A stretch of 59,013 nt of DNA, the filler included, from Sphacelaria rigidula (Eukaryota): assembly GCA_964200075.2 (NCBI GenBank). It is 10 parts of 10 records of this genome, joined end to end, with 100 filler letters (N's around TTAATTAATTAA, not from the genome) between each part and the next. Parts side by side here need not be neighbours in the genome. Positions count along the whole stretch, not along the records: positions 23,648 to 29,458 come from CAXNAA020024272.1; positions 29,559 to 35,369 come from CAXNAA020024273.1; positions 35,470 to 41,280 come from CAXNAA020024274.1; 7 more parts are not named here. One strand, 5' to 3'. The notes below the pieces were generated by a model, which saw only the letters and a list, made by a program, of their open reading frames with translations, was not told the origin of the DNA and ran no database searches. Positions 24,198 through 36,370 of the stretch are shown piece by piece. A program made the position numbers and the translations under genes. Position 1 is the first letter of the stretch, and every line of letters begins with the position of its first letter.

Positions 24198-24593
24198 CCC
24201 GAAAACTTGCTGATTATGAGCGACAAGGGCATGGACACGGCGAAATTAGCCGACTTCGGCTTTGCTCTTCGGCTTCCCATGCCCGATCCTATCGCCGGCA
24301 ACGCCGTCGACACGAGTCCTGCGGACATGACTTCACCCAGAGGCCTACCGGCGTGCGGCACGCCCGAGTATATCGCTCCTGAAGTGTTACTGCAGCAGCC
24401 ATTCAACGGAAAGGCGGATGTTTGGAGCGCGGGTGTCACGGCCTTCTGCTTGCTGTCGGGCGTCATGCCGTTCAAGGGCCTGACCCTCGACAAGCTGTAC
24501 ACGGCGATTATGGATGGGGCATGCTCGTACGCTGGGCCTGAGTGGACCAATATTTCTCCGCATGGGGTGGATTTTGTGCAGAGGATGCTTGAG
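24198..24593 (+). CDS. CAMK-group Ser/Thr protein kinase, penultimate exon (subdomains VIb-XI); upstream exons not identified
   Basis: PENLL, KLADFGFA, CGTPEYIAPEV, KADVWSAGV and LSGVMPF motifs. Acceptor CAG ends at 24197 and donor GT is at 24594. Confidence 0.93.
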
Positions 24594-25154
24594 GTGTGTG
24601 TGTGCCTGTGCCTGTCTGTCTGTCTGTCTGTCTATCTGTTTGTCTCCACTATTCGAGATTCATTGCTTTTCTCATGTGGCTCGTGTTTTCCGACGGCATG
24701 CTCTGTTTATTTGCCCCGTCCGACAGTCATGTTCTCAAAAGGGAAGTTTTTTGTTCTCAACAAGCACTGATGGTAGTTCCTCCCTTCTACCGGCAAGTCC
24801 ACATACATCTTTCCCGTTTCCAGGCTATTCTATTTTCATCATATTATTATTATCATTATTATTCTTATCATTTTTATTTATTTGTTTTTATTATTCTTAC
24901 TGTTATTATTAATTTATATTATTTCGTATTGTTTTATTTCATTGTGTCTCATTAAAAAAATACTATTGGTTATTGATCATCAGCATTGATGGTCATTTCT
25001 TCTTCATATTAGCTCGATGTCTCGAACCCGGTTTTGACAACGGTTTTTGTAGTACAGACCCGATTTCGTCTACACATTGAACTAACTAATCCGTTAAGTC
25101 TTTATTCACTCCTATTTTCTTCTTCCGTTTTGTGCTCATCTCTTTCTTCCAAAG

Positions 25155-25448
25155 GTGAACCCTCGAGAACGATGGAGTGCCGGTGAGCTATTACAGCACC
25201 CTTGGATGCTGACACCTGAGGGAGATAGTGTAGGGTTAGGGTGTGTCGGGGGCGGTGAGGGAGAGGAGAGAGAGACTCGACGTCCCCGAGTTAGGTTAAG
25301 GAGCGTCGTGTTGGGGATATTGTTTGCGAATAGGCTGCTGAGGATGGTGGCCGTTCGGACGACTGGCGGCGCAAAAGCAGTGCGAGGGAGTGTTTCCCCC
25401 GGTGAACAGAGAGTCGGAGTACAGGAGCACGAGCTTGGTAGTCCGTAG
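25155..25448 (+). CDS. CAMK-group kinase, terminal exon (subdomain XI plus putative calmodulin-binding/autoinhibitory helix)
   Basis: Polypyrimidine tract and AG ending at 25154. Splices in phase to give RMLE|VNPRERWSAGELLQHPWM. Basic-hydrophobic helix RVRLRSVVLGILFANRLLRM. TAG stop ends at 25448. Confidence 0.9.
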   Translation: MNPRERWSAGELLQHPWMLTPEGDSVGLGCVGGGEGEERETRRPRVRLRSVVLGILFANRLLRMVAVRTTGGAKAVRGSVSPGEQRVGVQEHELGSP

Positions 25449-28400
25449 TTGCTTCACGAGATTCGTGCTCCGTCTGTACGTGTGCGTGTGATTTTTTGTA
25501 TTTTGTTTTGTTGATGTGTGTGGCTGTGTGTTGGGTGCGTGATCTTTCTGTGCATATACCTTTATACCGATATGGAATAGTTTATGGAGACTTCGACAAT
25601 TTCCCCAACGGTGGTCATGATCAGGGAGGGAGGGGGGGGGGGGGCTAGGGATTGCGAGGTCTCGATAGATAGCCGTTCCTGTGCTGTTTTTTTCGTGAGA
25701 TGTTTACATTTTTCTGTAGACAAATTTACGAGACACATACAGGACTAGCCTTCGCGTTGCCGTCATAGATTCGTGTTCTATTGATGCAGTTTCCGTTGTC
25801 CTACCGTATTGAGGTTGATGTGTTGTGTTTTACGTGTGTGCCAAGTGGTTGTACAAAAAAAATTATCTCAAGTTTTGGCCTCGTGTACTGTTCATTTCAC
25901 GAGTGAATCGTTTGTGAAGCTGTGAAATATAGACATGAAACACACGCTTCTTTCCACAGTTAAAGCTGAGGTACGTGTTCAGTGACCGTTTTCGCGAGTG
26001 CAAAACATGTCTTGGCCCACGAGTGATACTGTTCGATTTTGATGCCATCCTAGAGCCACTAGTATAACTAGTGCAATGATGTGTAACTTTTATTTTCTAT
26101 CAAAGTTGCCAGTTTGCTAGCGCATGTACTCTTTGTCGAACCGGCTTAATGGAAGAGCGCAGTCGAATAGCCGTGTGTGTCAACTACGCATGTTGCTGTC
26201 TCTTTCTGTCGAAGTGCCGGCTCTGCTGGACCTTCAAGAGTTGAGAGTATTACCTTTGGGAGTTGAGGGTGATATTGATAAGCTGGCTGTTTAGGGGGGG
26301 GGGGGGGTTGGTCCGGAAATAGAGGATATAATATAACATGACAGCTGTAACGAGAACATACGACACAACAGGGCAGCAGCTACGGAACTGTCGAACGGGT
26401 GCTGGGAAGTGTCTTGCCCGATAACCAGAGGGAAGAGTTGCAAGAGCACTTGCTGCGTTAGACGGTGAAAAATATAGGCTGTTTTATGCACTATTGCCTG
26501 GCGAACACCGGGAGGGACAATGAGGCTACCGTAGCTCTGGGTGCACCACACATTTTTGTCACGATCCCTCGTACGGAATTGGCCACCTTACATCCTGGGG
26601 GAAAACCACCACGGTATGAGCACAAGACAAGGAACAACGTGTTCGTGAGCTAAAGTGTAGAGCGCTGATTGAGAGTGGCTTTGATAATTCGCTGTGGCTT
26701 AGCCTATTTCTCATCCCGTGTGCTTTTCTTTCCCTCTATCACTGGCGTGTGCTTCCGGTTACACATCGATATCCTACTCGGGGATATCAAGGGCCTGAGT
26801 GGTGAGCTACAACGGAAAGCGTATTGGGCCTCGGGGAGTGAAATTTCGGAACTGACACAATTCATTCACTAATTGAGCGCTTTTCACTCTCAATCGTATC
26901 CTCTACTGTCAATCTCACGAAAACACTGTTCAAGGTAGGCGGCGGAAGTTTGATGAGATTGAATGTCACTGATGAAGCGATGATGATGATCGCACATGAT
27001 GTAGCTTGCAGTCCCGCAGGACGAGTCAGATCTGAAGAACATTGTTGAGCTTGTTTTGGGACGTTTTTTTCACCTTTTGGGGACCGATGAGCGCCAACCT
27101 CGCATCTACACACAACCTTCTTATTCAACGCGTCTCTTTCGGCATGGGCAATAGTGGTCACGACAACCCCCTGAGTGCTGGCGTCCTTACAACTCTGTTG
27201 ACAGCGGCCCCTGTTTATCAGGCCTCTCTGCTATAATACGAATTGGGTATTCAATATACCCAACACCCCAGGCGGCAACATATTTGGTCGCGCCCCAACC
27301 TGTTGTGCATTAAAGCGTCCGATACACATTGGGCGATCAATACACGAGGGAAGCGGCCGTCACAACGTTTGAGGGGCAGCAAGGGTCTGCCGGGAGAAAA
27401 TCTCTGGAGACGTGAGCCTCAAGATCGAAAAATTAAGCTCTTGAGGCGAGGGGGGAGGGGGGGAAACCCAGCCTGTTATTTCCTAGTTCATATCCGAGGC
27501 GTTGGCGGGTGCGGCCAGCTGCTGCGCAGACCCGTTCGCACGATTGAGGGGGGGCAGACCGATTTGGGCCAATGTTCACCAAATGGATCGCTCACCATGA
27601 CCACATTCATGGGATCTAATCCGTGTCGAGTGAAGCATCACTGGATAGCATGTTCGATCGCTTTACATCTCGGTACAGTACAACGATTTTGGTGTTTTTG
27701 CATCAGTCAGTTATACACGAAGATCCCGACCTCTGCAGGTCATGGTGCATGTTGGAGGGGGGTAGCGATGATTTGGGTCACATCTACCTTTAGATGCCCA
27801 GCGCCGTTGTTGTACAGAAGATGATGCATGTGCTAGCAGCCCACCTCTTGTGTCCCACGCACCATTGCTGACTGATGACAGCACAGACTCTAGTGTAGGA
27901 TACAAGAAGAGACAAAGTCCTCGCCTCTCTTGCTTTTGCAACACCGCCAATCCCAATCGTTGTCGGAACAACCAATCTTTCTCTCTTCTTGTGTTCACAA
28001 GCTTCCAATAAAAAAAACACGTCTTGGACCGGAGTCTTGGAGCAATGCTACGAAGCGCTTGCGCTTTTTGTTTCTGGGTCTCTTCTTTCTAGGAGCCCAA
28101 ATATATGGGGCTTATTGCTGTGCAACCCAAATCTCTGGAGACCGGACTCCCAGGAACATGGTGTTTGCATGCAGCGGCCTTTTCGTGAATCGACATCGTT
28201 TCAGTTTTTCAAGTAAAATTGATGCCGACTCTCAAAATGACCCGTCCAACACCCCGAGCAGCCCCGAGAAACGTTTTTGCCAAAGAAGTGCAACCCCTAC
28301 CGTAGCATTGCTCCTTGGTCGACTCAGACTGACTTGCCTGAGATTGATCGGCGGCCGTATGCACTGTTTCGATTTCGAAACCGTTCCGAAAACGAGATTT

Positions 28401-28471
28401 TTTTCTGGATCTCGCAAACATGTTGTTATATAGTGACCGCACGCAATAGACTAGGGTAAGAACCAATAATA

Positions 28472-28897
28472 ATAGCCGATTTTCGAAAATGGGGTTGAAA
28501 AAGAAATGAGGTTCAACTCAAAAGTCGTGCTTTCCTTGACCTAAAATCATGACAAATGAATTTCATATGGACCACCCCATCCCTCCCGACCTCCTCGAAA
28601 CTATTTCGAGGGATTTCTAGCCTTCCGTCCCCCCAAAGGGTATGTGCAAAAGCACGATTTGGGGGACAAAAAATGTCCTTTTTTCACCCCGAAATCGAGG
28701 CAAAAAAAGTGTGCTTTTTTCGCACATATCCTTTGGGGGAACGGAAGGCTAAAGACCCCCCGAAATAGTTTTAGGGAGGTCGGGAGGGATGGGATGGTCC
28801 ATATAAAAGTCATTTGGGTTGAATTTAGGTCAGGGAAAGCACGGCTTTTGAGTTGAACCTCATTTTTTTTTCAACCCTATTTTCGAGAACCGGCTGT
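28472..28897. mobile_element. Foldback MITE with ~185-bp inverted arms and TA TSD (Tc1/mariner-pogo type)
   Basis: TA|ATAGCCGATTTTCGAAAAT... and ...TTTTCGAGAACCGGCTGT|TA. The arms match over most of their length. Further ends at ~29387-29458, 46745-46796, 47121-47170 and 53220-53271. Confidence 0.88.
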
Positions 28898-29559
28898 TAA
28901 CCGGTCAGGGGTTATCCGGGACTATTTTCCATAAAACAGATATCCAACATCCACACATCGAAAAAAAGGGCGTTTTGTGCAGCGACAAGAAAGCTGTTGT
29001 GAATCCCAAATGTGGCGTGGTCTATCTCAGTTGTTCAAGGTATAACAGGATCAAGGCACCAAAAAAAGTTGCTTGCGCTTGTAAATCTTGTTTGGTAAGA
29101 ATGTGAAATTTCAAACGGGGGTTTGAACCCCATTTCGATGTTGAACGTCATTTTCCAGACACTCTACTTGCTGTAATGCCTGAAGGGGCACTTCGACGGT
29201 GGTGATACTATTTCAGGCATTTATTGACTTCCTGGAAAGCTGGAGGTTTGGATCTCTCCATATTGACGAGGTCGAAGCGTTAAAAATATACTGCACGTTG
29301 AATCCATCCCACGGCTAAAGAGCTTTCATTCTTGGCCGCTCTTCGACTGGCTCGACGAAGTATGCCCCAAGAACCACCAGTCAACAACAGCCGATTCTCG
29401 AAAATAAGGTTGAAAAAAAAATGAGGTTCAACTCAAAAGCCGTGCTTTCCCTGACCTANNNNNNNNNNNNNNNNNNNNNNNNNNNNNNNNNNNNNNNNNN
29501 NNTTAATTAATTAANNNNNNNNNNNNNNNNNNNNNNNNNNNNNNNNNNNNNNNNNNNNA

Positions 29560-30035
29560 GCAAAAAAAAAAGGCCTCAGGGATTCAGGGCAGCAGCGTTG
29601 ATACAGACACACACCAGTGGGTACCATAGAGCCACCGACTAAGGATATAATCAACAACCGATATGAGAGGACAGGATTTTCCGATTGGCAGCCCTCGACG
29701 CAGCAGCCTCTCGCTTGTGACGGCGGTCTGATTCTCGCTTGTCCGCGCGTCGCCACGTGTCCTCGAACTCTTCCGCTCCCTTTTCGACTTCAATTTGCCA
29801 CTTGCCCAGGTCCTTCGCCGCAGTGACCCAATCGTATGCATCGTTAACCTCTATGCCGTAGACGAACCACTTTCGTCGGGCTCCTTTGTGCGGAGAGCCC
29901 CTAGCGCACGTAGGTTCTCCTTTAGGGTATCCTCCCATTACTTGGGGGGGCAGCCGACCTCCTTGGGTCCTCGTGTGGAAAGCCGACCGTTCATGACAGA
30001 AATATTGCCGATTCATGGAAACGCCCCTGCGTGCA
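29560..30035 (-). mobile_element. RTE-like LINE 3' fragment, homologous to ~15205-15680
   Basis: KGARRKWFVYG...AYDWVTAAKDLGKWQIEVEKGAEEFEDTWRRAD and the 3' UTR align with the contig-3 copy. Confidence 0.82.
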
Positions 30036-30189
30036 AACCACATGTTTCTGGGATTCCGGTCCCAACAGGGTTGAAACAGTACAAATGAAGTGAAGTCGAG
30101 ACCGTGCGATATACATGCATGATAGTTGGGTGCCTTACGTGTAACACAGAAGGAGGTCAGCACAGGAAATTCTGTGATGGTCGCCTTAC

Positions 30190-30396
30190 TTTTCCATCGC
30201 TAGAGGGGTTCAGCGGTCCCTTTCGCTCGTTGACCGTGAAATCGAATTCTGTCCACCAACAACATACTGTAGTCGCCGTCCACTGTTGAACATGGTGTGA
30301 GATAAAGCCCCAGATCGTGTGACTGCACTGAGCTTCGAACCCACGACCCAGCTGTCATGAGGTTTGGGGGTTACCAACTGAGCCACCGGGGCGACC
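30190..30396 (-). mobile_element. tRNA-derived SINE (head and body; 3' limit uncertain)
   Basis: Minus strand GGTCGCCCCGG-TGGCTCAGTTGG (A box) ... GGTTCGAAGCTC (B-box-like) at tRNA-like spacing, with no complete cloverleaf, followed by a non-tRNA body. Confidence 0.75.
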
Positions 30397-31026
30397 GTCT
30401 GCCGACTAAAATATGAAAAATAGAAGCCGGCGCCTCATGACGAAAAAACGCACGTAAAGCAGAGTAGCAGCAGCAACAAAAACAGCAGTCCAGAGACAGT
30501 GAAAGGAAAGTACAGTCAAGACGATGCGACATGCGGGCAAGATCACAACAGCATGCTCCCCGTGTGCGCCGAGATTGAACGGAGAGTCGTTCCGCACAGC
30601 CCATCCAACTAAGCATGATGCCGGTTTAATTTTCAGGTGACATGATACCGGTTCCACAAAGGAATGTGGGGCCTGTGTACGGTAAGAGGTGGCATCTCCG
30701 ACGGTCGAAGGGCCCCCGTCTAACGAGAACATGCATCAAACATCAAAATGCCATGGAGAACACAGCACGGAAAGGGTATGCACCCCAAACTCGAGCAGGA
30801 CGGGAACGCCCCCCAATGCCCAGCGAAATGCAACCGAAGAGGCTGATACGTATAATCAGCGAAGAATTGTACTCTAAACCAATGTAAGAAGCAATGCTGG
30901 CTTCTCAGAGCTTCTGAGGAGAACGAAATGACCGGAAATATATGTTCTCTAAAAGCAAGTAAAAAAAGTGCACCTGTCTGCAGGGCTCCCCAGTGGAAAA
31001 AAACGATGAACCGTATTATCTGTATA

Positions 31027-32103
31027 CTTCCTCTGTCCCATAAGTCTGGGGAGTTATGTTTGTACGAGCCCATAACGGTGTCGGATGTCTTCGGCGATAT
31101 ATTTTTTGAAATCTTGAGCGTTTTTCGGGTATGAACACTTTTTTTTTCTTGCGCTCTACCCTGCATGTGCTAGCCGCTAACAAAAAAGTAATCAGGCCAA
31201 AAATGGCCGTATTTTGACCACTTTCTACTGGGGGCACTATAAAAAAACAACACTAAAACCTCAAGAATTCCCCCCAACCCTCAACCTAACCCCCCTCTAC
31301 TCAGCGATCCATGTCGCATACCCCATACTAAAACCAGTATAATAGTGAACCCACACTAAAACAAGACACTTTAGGCCCCCACCCTAAAACCAATACACTT
31401 GGGGGCAAACCAAACAGCAGTAGGCCCCACCCTCTACTCAACGCTTCAACTCAACGATCCATGTCGCATCCCCCATACTAAAACCAGTATAATAGTAACC
31501 CCACGCTAAAAACAAGACACTTGGGGGTCCCACACTAAAAACAATACACTTGGGGGGCAAACCAAACAACAGTAGCCCCCCCCTCTACTCAACGCTCCAA
31601 CTCAACGATCTATGTCGCGTCCCCCCATACTAAAACCAGTATAACAGCGTCCCTACACTAAAACCAGTACAATTTGGGGTAACACACTAAAACCAAGACA
31701 CTTGGGGGTCCCAGACTAGAACCAAGACACTTGAGGGTCCCCAGGGGAAAACAAACGATTAGTTGTCCTCGCAACCTCCACCGCGATAGCACTGCGGCGG
31801 CCCACGGATAGCTCGCCGCCCTTGCAACGGGGGGGGGGGTACTTGGGGGCAAGTCCATGGTATTGTGTTGTCTGCGGGCTAGGTCTAGGGGTGGTGAACA
31901 CGAATTCTCAGAACAATTCTCAAAAATGGGCCAAAATGGGCATATTTTGACTTCATTTTAGTATGGACACCCTGCTTTTTTTTTGCATCAGCTTCGTTGA
32001 GACTTCATCTTCCCAACGAACCTAACTACAGGATGATCGGAAAAGTATAAGTGCGCAAACAATTACACGCCCATAACTCCCCAGACTTATGGGACAGAGG
32101 AAG
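31027..32103. mobile_element. Stowaway/mariner-like non-autonomous element with perfect 32-bp TIRs and an internal tandem array
   Basis: TA|CTTCCTCTGTCCCATAAGTCTGGGGAGTTATG (31027-31058) is the exact reverse complement of 32072-32103. The terminus resembles the Stowaway consensus CTCCCTCCGT. Internal ~150-bp units at ~31290-31745. Confidence 0.88.
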
Positions 32104-34160
32104 AATATGTATGTTTATCCTGAGGCATTCTGTACCGGTTTCCGGGGGACTTTACGCGAGGACCCCCAGAAGCCAGTAAAGACCGCATAAAATTTGTTTT
32201 TTTTCTCGAAGATGCATCTCTTCCATTTGGAGCATCAAGACCTACCGAATTGACAAGTTTGAGGGGGATCTGATCTTCTCTACGACAGAGATAAGGTAAA
32301 CCGTCAGGAGGCTTCATGAGTCTTAGGTGCACATCATCAGTGGAAATCCGACCACGTCAAATAGAACCTACATCACCAAAATACCACGGCTTGGGGTATA
32401 ATTCAATCTCATAGCAGCAACCATTCTGAAACCTGTTCCCTCGGTAAGATCCCCGAGCTGATGGTGGTTACTAGGGTTCGAAGCATGTGAAGACTGGGTG
32501 ACGAGTGCATTGGGATTTTCGTACTTTTCATTTCGGAATCACTTGGAGGCCGCTGATCTAGGCACGTTATCCCTCCTAGCGCCACCCTCCAAACAGAAGT
32601 GCGGCGATGTCATCCTCCTCAGTTGTCCACGTCGGTCAACGTGATGCCATATATGCGATTATGGGGTAGGTATATAGTACTTTCCAGCTGAACACATTTT
32701 TTTTTGTTATTTCTTCGCAGTCGGCTATTTTCAATATTATCGTCCCCTCGTCCTGAAAAATCTGTTTTTGAATTTAATTGGTGTTCAAAAACATCCTACC
32801 GGCGTTTCTCAGACGTAGGTCAAAACGTCGCTCACTCTCACGTAATACGTCGTACACTATGCACCTTCAGAGACCACGGCGAAGATGAATTCTTCTCTCG
32901 AAGGTGAGGCCCGAAGGTAGTAGAAACACATTATGAGCACATACCGTATCGCCTCCCCAGGTTCTCGCCCGCTCTTCCCTGCCGTTATCACTCCTCGCCA
33001 ATGCCAATTCATCTCCGCCTCATGCGTGCACTGCCACCTCATTCTTTCCACGGCCACTTGCATGGCTCGTCCATGCTGCAGGCGCTGTACAAGAACGCTT
33101 TTATCACACCAGCATCTACCCTCTACATATCCCCCTAAATCCCCGGCAATCACACATCAAACGTATCGACGACCACGAAAATATATGTGCCGAATTCCGA
33201 GTGGATTTTTCTACAGTGCATTACGATTACTCACGACGACGCTATCCCACATGAAACACTCCAACTTGCCGAATTTCGCAAACAATCCTGAGGCACGTAA
33301 CCTCTGGAGCACGCACCGTCCATATACCCATACTTCGCCGCCGACACCCCATCAACATCTTCTGGAAAAATCCAATCCTTCTCATTTCCCTTAGAGCTCT
33401 TTAGACTTCCACAAAATTACGACACTGTACCTCACCATAACTCTCGACCACAGAATTGTACGTGGAAGTCCCGATGATTCCCCGCCGTTTACAAAATAAA
33501 TCCAGCGACCATCCACGGAAATATTTCGCCCTTTCCGCAGAAAGTATATTACCGTACATTACCTCTCAACAAATGGTCCTCTATTTGCTCTTCATTCGCT
33601 GCCAATATCCCATCGGAACTTCCTGGCAAATCCCTGCAAACGCGTATTCACATAGCCTACCTGACCGCATATCACCACACCAGGAATCATCGCCGAAATC
33701 CCGCTATTTCGCCGCCAAAACGTCATGAAATTTTCCCCGAAAAAAAAGAATTCAAATCCTGCCCACATCCCCGTTCGCCCCTCGGTCAATGGAGGAATCA
33801 CCATCACTTACCCTTTGTTGCTTCCCCTAAAAATCTTGCAATGCCTGAGCTGTGCACCATGCTTTGCCGACATGCCCGTCTCTCCACGATATGTCATCAA
33901 CGTCTGTGCTACCATCATCTGTATTAACATGATCATACTACCTCGTCGTGGCGGCGGCATGTCATCTCAATATCCCGAAAAGTGCCCCGCAATCTCCCAT
34001 CAATATCGGCGGACGTACCGACATGTCAGACTGTCTTGCCACCACGCAACCCCTTTGTCATCACTTTTTTGGTGCCCACAAGACGGCATCAACTATGCTG
34101 CACATAGTATCTCGGCCCCACTAATTTCAATCAACGTCCTGAGTACAGAATGCTGCGGTT

Positions 34161-34640
34161 GAGAGCGGTGTTCCCATGAGAGGGGACCTCAAGGCACACG
34201 GTTTTGTAGGTACCTCCAACAAGGGGTCGACGGGGTCATTTTTCCGTCTTCCTGAGTGCTGCTAGTCTGCGACGCTGAGGACACCAAGGCGGTCTCATCC
34301 GGTCTCAATAGCTTCATCCGGACGGTTCAAGCTGGTATCTCCAAATAGAGGTCGACGGGGTCATTCTTCCGTCTTCCCGAGTGCTGCTAGTCTGCGGCGC
34401 TGAGGACGCCAAAGCGGTCGCATCCGATCTCAAGAGCTTCATCCGGACGGTTCAAGCTGAAAGCTTGAGATTGGATGCGAGTCCGGATGAAGCTATTGAG
34501 ACCGGATGCGACCTCCTTGGCGTCCGCAGCGCCGCAGGCTGGCAGCACTCAGGAAGACTGAAGTATGACCCCATCGACCCCTTCTTGAAGGTATCTATAA
34601 CCCTGTGCCTTGAGGTCACTTTGATGGGAAAACCGTACTC
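34161..34640. repeat. Long imperfect inverted repeat (~160-bp arms) with an internal direct duplication; foldback element
   Basis: 34161-34325 matches the reverse complement of ~34478-34640. 34334-34459 duplicates 34209-34333. Confidence 0.85.
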
Positions 34641-35293
34641 ACCAACTACACAGGTAGCTCGATCGCGGACGATAACGAGTATCACTGTGGGCGACAAAAA
34701 AAATGTACGTACGCTCCTCTTCTGCGAAGCATTGCTGGTCTGCTCATTCCTTTTCTCGCGAAATATTTGCGCCGACTGCTGGTCTGACTGCATAAATTGC
34801 CGAGTTGTGAAATTATTTTTCGATCCATACTGTGTTCCCCTTTCCCGAAACATAACAATCCAATCGAAAAACAATCATCCAACCTCAACCACTCCCACCC
34901 GAGTCCCAACAAACGTTATTGGGTTACATCTATTCACTTTCTCCTGAAAAAGTAATTTATTGTAGTTTCTTCGCGTGCCACCGCTCATCCCGGTGAGTCC
35001 AAAAGTTTGGAGATGAGGGGGTACTAGCCATCCGCTCCACATTCCGAAACAAAACTTATCTCCGCACTCAATACCGAACGAGTTACCGCGTGACCGCAGT
35101 CCTCGCAGGTTCTGAGACTTCCCAACCCCAGGCTCCGACCCTTGGGTATTTTTTCTCGATTGAAGCTCTCCCGATCGTTCTCTTGCACAAATGTAAACAT
35201 CTATATATAGACTCGATGTATATATATTTTGAGTTCCAACCTATCCCTTGCGCTATAGCCGAAAACCTGCGTTCATTGGACCAGTGACTTAAC

Positions 35294-35324
<31 letters not shown>

Positions 35325-36337
35325 TCGACTGCACTCTCTCGCCTTCGCCCCACACCCACTCCAAAACACNNNNNNNNNNNNNNNNNNNNNNNNNNNNNNN
35401 NNNNNNNNNNNNNTTAATTAATTAANNNNNNNNNNNNNNNNNNNNNNNNNNNNNNNNNNNNNNNNNNNNGGCGTGCTCCGTCCGGGCTTTGTAGGGATGC
35501 GAGGTCAATGGTCTTGTGACTATGGCATGCATGATCATGAGTACACCCCCCCTCCCCGTCTCCTAGCCGCCCAAGAAGATAAAGCCTTCCTGCTTCTCAC
35601 CCTTTGTGTTTTATAGCATCGATACATTACGCTGTGGTCCTCAGCAGCCCACTCCCCCCCCCCCCTCCCGCCCCTTCGTTGCGTTCACTCCGTGGCATCA
35701 TTAAAGTGGGGCTATTTGGTTTGGGCCGGTGAGACCGACACCTCGCTGACGCTAGCCGCTGTCAACGTTCTTGTGGCGGGAGCCGTTCATTCCGGCTGTG
35801 TGGTGGCGTGCGTGTCTGGGATCGTGGTGTTCCGAGATGGCCAGGTGCGTTTTTTCCCCCCTTTTTTATTTTTATTTTCCGGTCGTTTTCATGTCTCCTA
35901 TATCTAAAATGGACATGTATTTTTCATCACGAGTGTTTCATGCATGTTCTAATCCTTCATTTTTCCCGTGTATGTACCGCGTATTTTGATAAATGTAATA
36001 TTATGTACAGTATACACCCGTCAGTGAAGAATCGACAATCAATCCGTTCATGCGTCGTTGTTTTTGTTTTTTTCCTAGTTTCTGCCCTGTATCTGCAAAG
36101 AGTAGTCTTGAATTGGTTAACCAAGTATGTGAAGTTTCAACATGTGTACGCCGGATTGTTTGCTTATTTTCGTGTGTGTGTTTGTGTAAATTTTTCTGGA
36201 TCCGATTTCATTTTTTCGATTTTCTCATACCCTATTTTGGGTAGTTGGCCTGTGACCACGGAAGGCGTCCGTATCAGATGCTCAGTACAGAGTACTGTGC
36301 AGATATCAGAACGTTTTTTTATTGTGAAGACAAAAAG

Positions 36338-36338
<1 letters not shown>

Positions 36339-36368
<30 letters not shown>
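36339..36368 (+). repeat. (CAA)10 microsatellite
   Basis: Directly visible. Confidence 0.95.
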
Positions 36369-36370
<2 letters not shown>

